The position numbers and the translations under genes are program-made. From an uncultured bacterium (lineage in GTDB: Bacteria > SAR324 > NAC60-12): a stretch of DNA of 64,000 bases. The notes below the pieces were generated by a model. It saw nothing but the letters and a program-made list of their open reading frames with translations, did no database searches and had not been told where the DNA came from. This document shows, piece by piece, positions 19,641 through 28,572 of the stretch (positions within the stretch are counted from its first letter, which is position 1; each line of letters opens with the position of its first letter). The stretch lies in NCBI GenBank assembly GCA_965662845.1, contig CBFIJD010000005.1, positions 61,087 to 125,086 on the forward strand. The letters are read 5' to 3'.

Positions 19641-19958
19641 ATGGTACGAATCAACATGCCTGCCGACGAACTCGTAACCGATGAGCCTCACCACACGATT
19701 GACTTCCTCAACGACGTGCCCCAGCGCCTCGTAGTCGAGGTCGCTCGCACTCGCATTCCTCTGCGCGACATCATTAGCTGGCGCAATCGCTCGGTGATCA
19801 CGTTCCCTAAGTTGATCGGAGAACCCGTCGAGGTGCTGATTGATGAGCAAGTGATTGCCAGAGGCGAAGTCGTCGTGATTAACGACCACTTTGGTGTGCG
19901 GATTACAGAGATCACTCATCCCTCTGACAAACCTAGCGCTTTGCGGCACTATCATTGA
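19641..19958 (+). CDS. fliN: Flagellar motor switch FliN/SpoA-domain protein (orphan)
   Basis: LNDVP..L.VE.ARTR and GEPVEVL....IARGEVVVINDHFGVRITEI; start could be 19656. Confidence 0.82.
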   Translation: MVRINMPADELVTDEPHHTIDFLNDVPQRLVVEVARTRIPLRDIISWRNRSVITFPKLIGEPVEVLIDEQVIARGEVVVINDHFGVRITEITHPSDKPSALRHYH

Positions 19959-20062
19959 GACCACAAATTGCACCGCCTATGCATGATTTGTGTGTTTTTT
20001 GAATGCTGCAGTCGCAGTTTCATCGCAAGACTTCTTTTCTGACCGCGCACGCCACAAAGCTT

Positions 20063-21346
20063 ATGCAATTGTCATCGAAATTGTTCCTTCGCCTTCTCGC
20101 CCTCCTCGGAGGCGGATTGCTGCTCTCTCTCTCCTCAGCCGGTGCGCAGCAGGCTCAGCCTGAAATCGACGCCATCGTCCTCTCGAAAAATTGCCCGATT
20201 CCTGATGGCCCGGATCTCATCCAGTCTGCGCCTGAAGTCGTGATTGATTCGGTCGATAACCCTTATTGCCCTAGGTTGAACGACATCCAGCTGGTGCAAG
20301 TGACCGCGCTTAATCCAACGGAAGAGACACGGAGCGTCGGTGTGGAGATTGTGATCACGCTCAATGGCAACCGCCTGGATCAGTCTCTGCAAAGGATTGT
20401 TACGATTCCATCGCGCGACGATGTAAAAATTTTACATGATCTCGTGCTGGAAGAAGGGGGACGCTATCGAGTCTCAGCCAAGATTTGGGACACGGACTTT
20501 GCGCAGCTGCTGTCAGAGTCTTCTGCAGGGATCAATCGTCAATTTTTCATCGCCACGCCCAGAGATGTGCAAGAGGCGCAGAGTCAGTTAGTGGCTAAGC
20601 AGGAGAGCGGAGCCGCACCAGCGCCAGTCCCTTTAGAGTTTGACCCTCCCGACTTGCGCTGGGAGAGCGTGAACGTGATTCCACGCAATTTGCTGCGTGG
20701 CGAGACAATGCGGATGCGGCTGAACCTAGTCAACGTAGGCGGCGATATCGTTCGAGATGTTCAGTGCAAAGTGGAATATTTCAATCTCCGCCAGCCACGC
20801 CGACGTACCATCATCGCCACGCCGATTGCTCCTGTGATGGCGCCAGGAGAAACAGTCACCTTCGATTTAGAATACATTCCGCCAGATGATCAGCTGCTGG
20901 GGGACTATCAAATCGCGGTGGAAGTTGACCCGCAGGGGGTGATCGAAGAACAAAATGAAGAGAACAATGTGATGGAATCAGAGCCGGTGCGTTTAAGCGA
21001 CATCAAGCTGCTGCTTCCGCCTGAAAACTTTGTGTTTGAAGAAAATGGCCTGTTCTTGTTCCAGTGGGATAGTCTGGCTTACGGTGAATTCAAACTGCAG
21101 GTAGGCGTTGACGAAAACTTTGAAGACCCTCGTGCATTTTTCGATCTGCCGCAAGGAGACCGCTGGATCGCTGACAAAGAGCTGGTGCCGCTCTCTGGAG
21201 AGCTACCGGGGATGGCGATGGGGCTGATGCAAACCAGTCAAAAGAACAAGCTGTTCTGGCGAGTGATCGGCAGAAACACCAGCGGCCAACAAGTTATTTC
21301 TGAAGTGCAAAGCTTCACGATTAAGCCTGCCTCCGACGCTTCTTAA
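20063..21346 (+). CDS. Secreted CARDB / Ig-like domain protein
   Basis: Signal peptide; PDLR...VNVG...VDP.G.IEE.NEENN CARDB signature. Confidence 0.75.
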   Translation: MQLSSKLFLRLLALLGGGLLLSLSSAGAQQAQPEIDAIVLSKNCPIPDGPDLIQSAPEVVIDSVDNPYCPRLNDIQLVQVTALNPTEETRSVGVEIVITLNGNRLDQSLQRIVTIPSRDDVKILHDLVLEEGGRYRVSAKIWDTDFAQLLSESSAGINRQFFIATPRDVQEAQSQLVAKQESGAAPAPVPLEFDPPDLRWESVNVIPRNLLRGETMRMRLNLVNVGGDIVRDVQCKVEYFNLRQPRRRTIIATPIAPVMAPGETVTFDLEYIPPDDQLLGDYQIAVEVDPQGVIEEQNEENNVMESEPVRLSDIKLLLPPENFVFEENGLFLFQWDSLAYGEFKLQVGVDENFEDPRAFFDLPQGDRWIADKELVPLSGELPGMAMGLMQTSQKNKLFWRVIGRNTSGQQVISEVQSFTIKPASDAS

Positions 21347-21359
21347 ACGCACTTCCTCT

Positions 21360-21379
21360 GACGACCTGCCGAGGTCGTC
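21360..21379 (+). terminator. Stem-loop after the CARDB gene
   Basis: Perfect 8-bp stem GACGACCT-GCCG-AGGTCGTC. Confidence 0.45.
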
Positions 21380-21471
21380 CCTCGCCTTGCTTTCCTCTCA
21401 CAAAGAAGCTAAAAGCGTGACCTTCGAATCAGTTACAGAACTGTGAACAACATCAACGCTGTGGAGGTTTT

Positions 21472-21903
21472 ATGTTAAGTGTCCGACAAATGTTAGAAGA
21501 GAAAGGCTTTAATGTGATTGCCGTTTCTCCTGATATGAGTGTCTATGAAACGTTGCAAGTGATGAATGAGAAGAACATTGGGGCGGTGTTAGTCATGGAA
21601 GGCGAGGAGCTGGTAGGGATATTTTCCGAGCGCGATTACGCCCGCAAGGTGATCTTACAAGGCCGCTCCTCAAAGACAACAAAAGTGAGCGAGTTGATGA
21701 CCTCGAAAGTTTATTGCATTGAGCCTTCGCGTACGATTCAGGATGTGATGCAGTTGATGAATGAGCGTCGCTTCCGCCATTTACCTGTCTTGGAAAACGG
21801 GAAGGTTCTTGGCGTCTTAAGCATTAGCGATGTGGTTCGAGGAGTGATCTCAGAGCAACAAAGTACGATTGACAGCTTAGAAAATTATATTCTGCGGCAG
21901 TAA
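21472..21903 (+). CDS. CBS-domain pair protein
   Basis: NIGAVLV, GIFSERDYARKV and RHLPV..G..SISD; GGAGG RBS. Confidence 0.93.
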   Translation: MLSVRQMLEEKGFNVIAVSPDMSVYETLQVMNEKNIGAVLVMEGEELVGIFSERDYARKVILQGRSSKTTKVSELMTSKVYCIEPSRTIQDVMQLMNERRFRHLPVLENGKVLGVLSISDVVRGVISEQQSTIDSLENYILRQ

Positions 21904-21912
21904 GTGCGCTCC

Positions 21913-22899
21913 TCAGGAAGGGATTTGATCTTCCTGAGGCACTTTGTAATCTTGATTGTACACAAAGTAGGGAATTCCACCGAGCAGATAAACCGACAGC
22001 TGCACCACGATAAACAGATTGAAAATATCTGCCCCGCCTGCGACCCCAACCAACTCATAAAGCGACTCAAACGCTACATGCCCAATCCCGATCCCTCCAG
22101 GGGCAAGTGGAATCGCCGTTGTAATCAAACCAATTGGCATTAAAAACAGTTGCGTCCCTAAGCCAATCTCACTTTGCGTAATCAGTTGAGCTACCTGTAA
22201 GAATAGAAAAGCGACAAGAGCATGAATGGTGACAGCAATGCCTAAGGTCGCTGCAAGGGTTGGTTTACAGTGCTGGTAGCTTTTGAAGGCTGAATAGATT
22301 TTAGTAGTGAAGTGAGTTGCGGGTAGTCTTTCGAACAAACGCACAAAGGGATCTCTTCCTTGAGGAAAAGGCCACACGGCGATGCCATAGAAAGCAATTG
22401 TACCGGCAAACAATCCAGAGATTAACCACATCAGAGAGTGCAGTTTAGGATTTTGCAGAAAGAAAGAAAGGTTGGTGATCAAGGCAAAAAAAGCGATCAC
22501 AATGAGACCAAATAGGCCCACAAATCGGTCAATGAGTAGAGTCATAAACGCGCGCGTTCTCCCTTCCGCCTCTTGCGCTTTGATGATGTAGTATCCTTTC
22601 ACAACATCCCCACTGACTGCCCCTGGTAGCGTGCTATTGAAGAAGTTTCCAATCCACGTCAGGAGAAATGCACGCCGGGGGGGAACATCTAAGCCTATTG
22701 CTCTCAGCAGCAACCACCAACGGAGTGTCGTTAATGGGATCACGAGACAGATCAAGGTGCCGAGCATAAGCAGTAATAGCCAAGGGGACTGCTGCAACAA
22801 AATGAGCCTCTCTAAATTCAAGCGCTCACTAGAAATCAGATAGTAAAGAATGGCTCCAACGAGCGAGAACTTTAATAGGAAGATGAGGATTTTTTTCAT
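21913..22899 (-). CDS. Lysylphosphatidylglycerol synthase TM-domain / UPF0104 flippase-like membrane protein
   Basis: Multiple TM helices; RW..LL, FFN..LPG..SGD..K, DR..GL and PLAPGGIG motifs. Confidence 0.85.
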   Translation of the reverse strand: MKKILIFLLKFSLVGAILYYLISSERLNLERLILLQQSPWLLLLMLGTLICLVIPLTTLRWWLLLRAIGLDVPPRRAFLLTWIGNFFNSTLPGAVSGDVVKGYYIIKAQEAEGRTRAFMTLLIDRFVGLFGLIVIAFFALITNLSFFLQNPKLHSLMWLISGLFAGTIAFYGIAVWPFPQGRDPFVRLFERLPATHFTTKIYSAFKSYQHCKPTLAATLGIAVTIHALVAFLFLQVAQLITQSEIGLGTQLFLMPIGLITTAIPLAPGGIGIGHVAFESLYELVGVAGGADIFNLFIVVQLSVYLLGGIPYFVYNQDYKVPQEDQIPS

Positions 22900-23978
22900 A
22901 AGGAGCTAGCAGCCAGCAGTTGATCGAGCTGTTTTTGACGATTTGCGGCGCTCATGTTGGCGAGGTTTTTAACTTCTTGATAGAAGCGAGGCCAGTCACG
23001 ATGAACTCGCTCGAACAATACAGCAAATGCGGGGACATAGTTTTGATAACGCCTCACTCCTAAAATATGCGCATTGTTCAGTTCACGGTTGAACCAGTTG
23101 TCATATTTGAGCTGTTGAAATAATTCTCGATGGTTAGCGTATCTCTCCTGTAACGCTTGCAGTATCCGTTCTTTTTCTGCGAGCTTTTCCTGATTCTCTT
23201 TCTCCGACTGATATAGCTTTTCGAGCTTAAGAGCTGTTTCCTGAATATATTGTCGAAATCGGAGGCGGTCTGCGGAGGCTTGTTCTAATGTCAATAAATC
23301 GTCGACTCTACCGACTTTCCGCAGATATTGGCGGGTGCCTTCCTCTTCAACAAAGCTGGCATAAGATTCATTAAACGCAGTGTCGCCGGCAACAAACACA
23401 ACCTGATGTGCCATTTCATGAATCAATGTCGCCGCCAAGGCAACGTCGCCTCGATTGAGAAACGTACTCAACACCGGATCTGAAAAGTAGTCGGGCATCC
23501 ATGACTGATTGAGGTAGCCCAAGGTTGAATAGGCGGTCGCATAAGAAATGGATACATCAAAACCCTCTTCTTCTAGTTCTCTTGCCAAGGCTTCTGCATC
23601 TTCTTCAGCAAAGTATCCGCGATATCCTTGACAACCGATGATGAGATAGCACCACTGATGTGCTCTCAATGTGAGTGGAGGTGCCGCAGAGACTAGAACA
23701 GACACGTAAGAGCGGGGTAATTCGACGTACGAAGAATAGCCATTGCCAGCCGGCAGCTGTAGATCTTGGACGGCAAATTGACGGACATTCCGCAAGAGTT
23801 GCAGTTTTTTGCGTAATTGAGGGGAGGAATCGGGGGAGGCTAGGATCGAATCGATGTTTTGCTTGCGTTGCAACAGGCCGAAGTGGCCTTCGACAGCCTG
23901 CCAGTAGTAAGCGGTCTCGGTGCAAGCACCGAGAAGCCAAGCGAACAGACAGACGAGCCAAATTTGGCTTTTGCGCAT
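22896..23978 (-). CDS. Putative zinc aminopeptidase lipoprotein (DUF2265-like)
   Basis: Lipobox LGAC; YYWQA..GH, YRGYF, AYSTLG, HEMAH...FNE and LNNA motifs. Confidence 0.85.
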   Translation of the reverse strand: MRKSQIWLVCLFAWLLGACTETAYYWQAVEGHFGLLQRKQNIDSILASPDSSPQLRKKLQLLRNVRQFAVQDLQLPAGNGYSSYVELPRSYVSVLVSAAPPLTLRAHQWCYLIIGCQGYRGYFAEEDAEALARELEEEGFDVSISYATAYSTLGYLNQSWMPDYFSDPVLSTFLNRGDVALAATLIHEMAHQVVFVAGDTAFNESYASFVEEEGTRQYLRKVGRVDDLLTLEQASADRLRFRQYIQETALKLEKLYQSEKENQEKLAEKERILQALQERYANHRELFQQLKYDNWFNRELNNAHILGVRRYQNYVPAFAVLFERVHRDWPRFYQEVKNLANMSAANRQKQLDQLLAASSL

Positions 23979-23989
23979 ATTAAAAGAAC

Positions 23990-24727
23990 TTAGGCGTTTT
24001 CGACTTCGGTCTCTTCTTCAACAGGGAGGTAAAGAATGCGGTTGCAGTGAGGGCAGTTGCGGTGAGAGTCAGGATTGGCCAAGAATTCGTTAACAAACTG
24101 CGGTTGCAGCCGGATGTTGCAGCCGCTACACGTTTTGTCGATGACCGGACAGATCGGGCGCCGCGTGCCATTTTGTTGGCAGCGTTGATGGAATCTTTGG
24201 ATGGGACGCGGCGCATTATCAATCACGTCTTTGAAATGCTCTTGTAAGCTCTCGAGGTTTGTCTGGGTCTGCTGCTGAGTCTGCAGAGTGTCTTTCATCT
24301 CTTGTTCAAACTCTTGCTGGAGCCCGTCGAGTTGTTCTTGCTTAGCCTGCAATTTCGGGGTGAGCTCTTCGACACGAATATCAATTTCGAGGATTTTGTC
24401 CTCTAGTTGCCCTTTGTGTTTGCGAGAGTCTTCTAGCTGTTTTTTGCTGGCCTCGAACTCCTTCTCGTTGCGGATGCGAGGGACGTGCTGCTCCAGTCGA
24501 ACAATCAGCGCTTTTTGTTCAGCGAGCTGCCTTTCGCAGTCGGCTCGCTGTTGTGCAAGCTTTTCTGATTCACTGCGCATCGTCTGAAGCTCCTGTTCGT
24601 CGGGAGCTAGCTTTTGTTGTGCTGACTGTAGTTGGTCTTCTAGGCGCCGCAGCTCTTGTTTGAGTGCAAAAAGCTGCATTTCGGTTTCAGCGATGTCGAT
24701 CAGTACAGAACGGGTAGGCAGAGACAT
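23990..24727 (-). CDS. Coiled-coil plus C4 zinc-ribbon protein (CT398/HP0958 family)
   Basis: Long coiled coil followed by CSGC...CPHCNRILY; AAGGAG RBS before ATG 24727. Confidence 0.88.
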   Translation of the reverse strand: MSLPTRSVLIDIAETEMQLFALKQELRRLEDQLQSAQQKLAPDEQELQTMRSESEKLAQQRADCERQLAEQKALIVRLEQHVPRIRNEKEFEASKKQLEDSRKHKGQLEDKILEIDIRVEELTPKLQAKQEQLDGLQQEFEQEMKDTLQTQQQTQTNLESLQEHFKDVIDNAPRPIQRFHQRCQQNGTRRPICPVIDKTCSGCNIRLQPQFVNEFLANPDSHRNCPHCNRILYLPVEEETEVENA

Positions 24728-24920
24728 GGGAACTCCTTGCGTAAGTGCGGTCTGGCTTCCTGCCGGATGCAGAGGCGGGGAACTCGATAAAGAGTCAATT
24801 TGGGGATAGTCGCAGAGACTCTTGAAAATTGCAAACCAAAGCACCGTTGTCAGGTACTTTGGTCAAAAACAGCTGCACGGCGCCCAGCGTGAGCAGAGAG
24901 AACCCGCTAGCCTAGCTGGC

Positions 24921-27161
24921 TCAGGTGTAGGCAAAACCGAGCTTATGATCTTCAAGAGTGATGGTGACTTCACCGCCGCTCTCTAATTTGCCAAATAAAA
25001 CTTCATCGGCGAGCACAGTCTCAATCTCTTGCTGGATAACTCGCTTCATCGGGCGGGCGCCAAACATGGGATCGTATCCTTTGTCAGCCAACCAGGCGCG
25101 AGCTTCCGGAGTAATTGTGATCGTAACTTTCTTCTGCTGTAGTTTGTTTTCCAATTGAATAATTAACTTGTCCACAATCATCTGCACCACCTCTTTAGGG
25201 AGCTGGGAGAAGGGGATCGTTGCGTCCAGTCGATTGCGAAATTCGGGGCTGAAAGTTCGCTCGAGAGCTTGCTTGGAAGGGGAGCTGGGGGTGGCGTTGC
25301 CAAAGCCAATGGCGTTGGATGTCATCTCTTTGGCTCCGACATTCGATGTCATAATCAAAACGACGTTGCGGAAGTCGGCTTCGCGCCCGTTGTTGTCGGT
25401 CAGAGTCGCGTGATCCATCACCTGCAGCAAGATGTTGAAGATGTCGGGGTGCGCTTTCTCAATTTCGTCCAACAAGAGCACCGCGTGTGGATGCTTACGA
25501 ATTGCGTCTGTGAGCAGACCGCCTTGGTCATACCCGACATAGCCTGGAGGGGCTCCGATCAAGCGTGAGACTGTGTGCTTCTCCATGTATTCACTCATGT
25601 CAAAGCGCTGAAAGTGGATCCCCATGGTATGCGCCAATTGCTTGGCTAGCTCGGTTTTGCCCACGCCGGTGGGACCGGTAAACAAGAAAGATCCGATAGG
25701 TTGGTCGGCTTGCCGTAGCCCGGCTCGGGAGCGTTTGATGGCTTGCACCAGAGCGTGAATCGCGTCGTTTTGACCAAAAACCTGCATCTTCAGCTCTTTC
25801 TCCAAATCGCGCAGTCGTTCTTTATCAGATGAGTTCATACGATCAATCGGGACGCGAGCGATGCTAGCGACGACTTTTTCAATATCTTGTGCATTTACGG
25901 TCTTGCGATCCCCCCCTTTGAGCCGAATTGCCGCTCCGGTCTCGTCAATCACGTCAATAGCCTTGTCTGGCAGGAATCGGTCGTTGATATATTTCGCAGA
26001 GAGCTCGGCTGCCATTTTGAGAGACGATTGCGTGTAGCGCAGTTCGTGATGCTCTTCGTAGCGGCTTTTCAGTCCTTTCAAAATGAGGAAGGTCTCTTCG
26101 ATCGAGGGTTCGTCTACGTCGATTTTTTGGAAGCGACGCGAGAGCGCTCGGTCTTTTTCAAAGAGCTTTTTGTACTCGTCATAGGTGGTTGAACCCACGC
26201 AGCGAATCTCTCCTTTTGCGAGCGCAGGCTTGAGTAAGTTGGAGACGTCCATTGAACCGCCGCTTGTCGCCCCCGCTCCGATGATGGTGTGAATCTCATC
26301 AATGAACAGGATGGACTTTGGTTTTTGCTGAAGCGCTTTCAAGACGGCTTTGATGCGCTGCTCGAAGTCTCCGCGGAACTTGGTTCCTGCCAACAAGGCG
26401 CCGATATCTAGGGCGTAAATCTCCGACTCTTGCAGCAGCTCAGGCACATCGGCTTGAAAGATACGCAGAGCGAGCCCCTCGGCAATGGCTGTTTTTCCGA
26501 CGCCAGGGTCTCCGACATAGATGGGATTGTTCTTGCGACGGCGACAAAGAATCTGGATCGTGCGCTCTAATTCGGCCTCGCGTCCAATCAGCGGGTCGAT
26601 GCGGTCTTCTTCGGCTTGCTTGGTCAGATTGGTGGTGTAGTGCTTCAGCGCGTCTTGTTCTGAGCGCCCTTGCGAGGACCCTTCGTCTTCGTCTCCATTG
26701 TCGTAATTAGCGTTTTCTTCCTCGTCTTCCACAGGGACCTTGGCGATGCCATGCGAGATGTAGTTCAGCAGGTCAAGGCGCGTGATCCCTTCTTTTTGCA
26801 GAAAGTACGACGCATACGACTGTGATTCGCGGTGGATGGCCACGAGAATGTCGCCCACATCCGCCGAGGCCTTCCCAGAGCTGTTGACGTGCATAATCGC
26901 CAAATGCAGCACGCGCTGGACTGCCCGTGTTTGCTGCGGTGTCGACTCGTCATCTCGCATCACCTCTTGCTGATCAAAGAATTCTTCTAAGTCTTCTTTG
27001 ATGCGATCTACATTGCCGCCACAGCTGCGAATGATGCGTGCTCCGGTTTCATTGTGGAGCAGCGCATACAGGATGTGCTCTACGCACAAATACTCGTGGC
27101 GTCTGCCCTTGGCTTCGCTTTGGGCCGCCATCAAACACATTTCTAAATCACGCGTGAACAT
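24921..27161 (-). CDS. clpA: ATP-dependent Clp protease ATPase ClpA
   Basis: Two AAA+ modules (GDPGVGKT, GPTGVGKT), no M-domain, IGF loop; preceded by clpS. Confidence 0.96.
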   Translation of the reverse strand: MFTRDLEMCLMAAQSEAKGRRHEYLCVEHILYALLHNETGARIIRSCGGNVDRIKEDLEEFFDQQEVMRDDESTPQQTRAVQRVLHLAIMHVNSSGKASADVGDILVAIHRESQSYASYFLQKEGITRLDLLNYISHGIAKVPVEDEEENANYDNGDEDEGSSQGRSEQDALKHYTTNLTKQAEEDRIDPLIGREAELERTIQILCRRRKNNPIYVGDPGVGKTAIAEGLALRIFQADVPELLQESEIYALDIGALLAGTKFRGDFEQRIKAVLKALQQKPKSILFIDEIHTIIGAGATSGGSMDVSNLLKPALAKGEIRCVGSTTYDEYKKLFEKDRALSRRFQKIDVDEPSIEETFLILKGLKSRYEEHHELRYTQSSLKMAAELSAKYINDRFLPDKAIDVIDETGAAIRLKGGDRKTVNAQDIEKVVASIARVPIDRMNSSDKERLRDLEKELKMQVFGQNDAIHALVQAIKRSRAGLRQADQPIGSFLFTGPTGVGKTELAKQLAHTMGIHFQRFDMSEYMEKHTVSRLIGAPPGYVGYDQGGLLTDAIRKHPHAVLLLDEIEKAHPDIFNILLQVMDHATLTDNNGREADFRNVVLIMTSNVGAKEMTSNAIGFGNATPSSPSKQALERTFSPEFRNRLDATIPFSQLPKEVVQMIVDKLIIQLENKLQQKKVTITITPEARAWLADKGYDPMFGARPMKRVIQQEIETVLADEVLFGKLESGGEVTITLEDHKLGFAYT

Positions 27162-27173
27162 AGGGCTTTCCTG

Positions 27174-27476
27174 TCAAACTTCTTCCATGCTGGCTTTAAG
27201 CGGGAACTCATGTTGCCGGGCCATTTCGTGGACTGCCTCGACTTTGGTTTCCGCGACTTCATAGGAATAAATTCCGCACGTGCCGACGCCGTTTTTGTGG
27301 ACTTGCAGCATGATCTGCGTGGCCTCGGCGGGACCCTTGTGGAACACGGCCTCCAGCACCAGCACAACAAACTCCATCGTAGTGTAGTCGTCGTTGTGCA
27401 GGAGTACTTTGTATTGGACTGGAGGCTTGAGCTTCTGTCGGGTGAGTAAATCCTCGTCAACTTTGAACTGGCTCAT
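27174..27476 (-). CDS. clpS: Clp protease adaptor ClpS
   Basis: YKVLLHNDDYTTMEFVV..ML.VH..G..EVAETK..FPL. Confidence 0.97.
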   Translation of the reverse strand: MSQFKVDEDLLTRQKLKPPVQYKVLLHNDDYTTMEFVVLVLEAVFHKGPAEATQIMLQVHKNGVGTCGIYSYEVAETKVEAVHEMARQHEFPLKASMEEV

Positions 27477-27601
27477 TCAGTCACTCTTAGAACCGATCGG
27501 ACTGGGCGGGAAAATGGAGGGCAACCGCTTTGATGATGTAACAAATCAAACGCAATTATGTAGCACATTTCCGCACAGACCGACCACAAAATTATCGGCA
27601 C

Positions 27602-28537
27602 CTAAGTCCCGGTGGGCACAACTTCTAAGCTTCGTCGCACTTCTGTGCGCTGCTGCCCGTGTTCTTGAATATAAACGCGGCTGCCGGGGGGGACACTGTG
27701 CGTTAGCCAGACATTCCCGCCGATGATTGAGCCGGCGCCGATCACCGTGTTCCCGCCCAAAATCGTCGCTCCTGCATAGATGATGGTTCCTGCTTCGATG
27801 GTGGGATGTCGCTTTGAGTGAGGATCATTCTTGTGCTGGATCGGGCTAAACGCACCGAGCGTCACTCCTTGGTAAATGCGCACATGATCTTCAATCACAG
27901 CGGTCCCGCCGATCACGATCCCTGTGCCGTGGTCCACCATCACCCCTCGGCCAATGCGCGCGGCGGGGTTGATGTCAATCCCGGTGACAGAGTGAACATG
28001 CTCACTCAGGATGCGGGGCAAGAGAGGAATCTCGTACCGGTGCAGAAAATGTGCAATGCGGTGAACACTCAGCGCTCGAATGCCAGGATATGCCAGCACG
28101 ATCTCTTTGCGGTTCATCGCAGCAGGGTCTCCATCGAACGTTGCTTCCACATCGTCCGCGAGCACTTCCCGTAGATTGGGTAGCTCTTCCAGCAGTAGAA
28201 GCGAAATTTCTTCGGCGCGTTCTCGACTTTCTTCTGGACTCAGACAAGGCAATCTGCTCTGGCTCCGTTCCCAACTCAGGACCTGCCCGAGATAGTCACG
28301 CAGGCGATAGAAAATGGAGGCGCTCTTTTGCCCCAGCCAATATGGGAGGCTGATGGCGTCCAGCTCTTCTTGACGCATCAAACCGGGGAAGAGCAGGACT
28401 TGAAGGTCTTCTGCTAAGCGAACAATGCTCTCGCGTGCCGGAAGCCGCACGCAGCCGATCCCCTGAGTCTCAGGGTGAGCGTGATAGGAATCAAGCAGGG
28501 AGTCTACCGCTTTGCGCAATCGAAGTTCGGTTTGCAT
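27602..28537 (-). CDS. cysE: Serine O-acetyltransferase (EpsC/CysE type)
   Basis: GDPAA, YPG..A...HRIAH, TGIDI.P.A.IG, DHGTG, YQGVTLG and KRHPT. Confidence 0.88.
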   Translation of the reverse strand: MQTELRLRKAVDSLLDSYHAHPETQGIGCVRLPARESIVRLAEDLQVLLFPGLMRQEELDAISLPYWLGQKSASIFYRLRDYLGQVLSWERSQSRLPCLSPEESRERAEEISLLLLEELPNLREVLADDVEATFDGDPAAMNRKEIVLAYPGIRALSVHRIAHFLHRYEIPLLPRILSEHVHSVTGIDINPAARIGRGVMVDHGTGIVIGGTAVIEDHVRIYQGVTLGAFSPIQHKNDPHSKRHPTIEAGTIIYAGATILGGNTVIGAGSIIGGNVWLTHSVPPGSRVYIQEHGQQRTEVRRSLEVVPTGT

Positions 28538-28572
28538 GCGACTCTTTCAGTTTCAGTAGCGCAGAGAAATTG

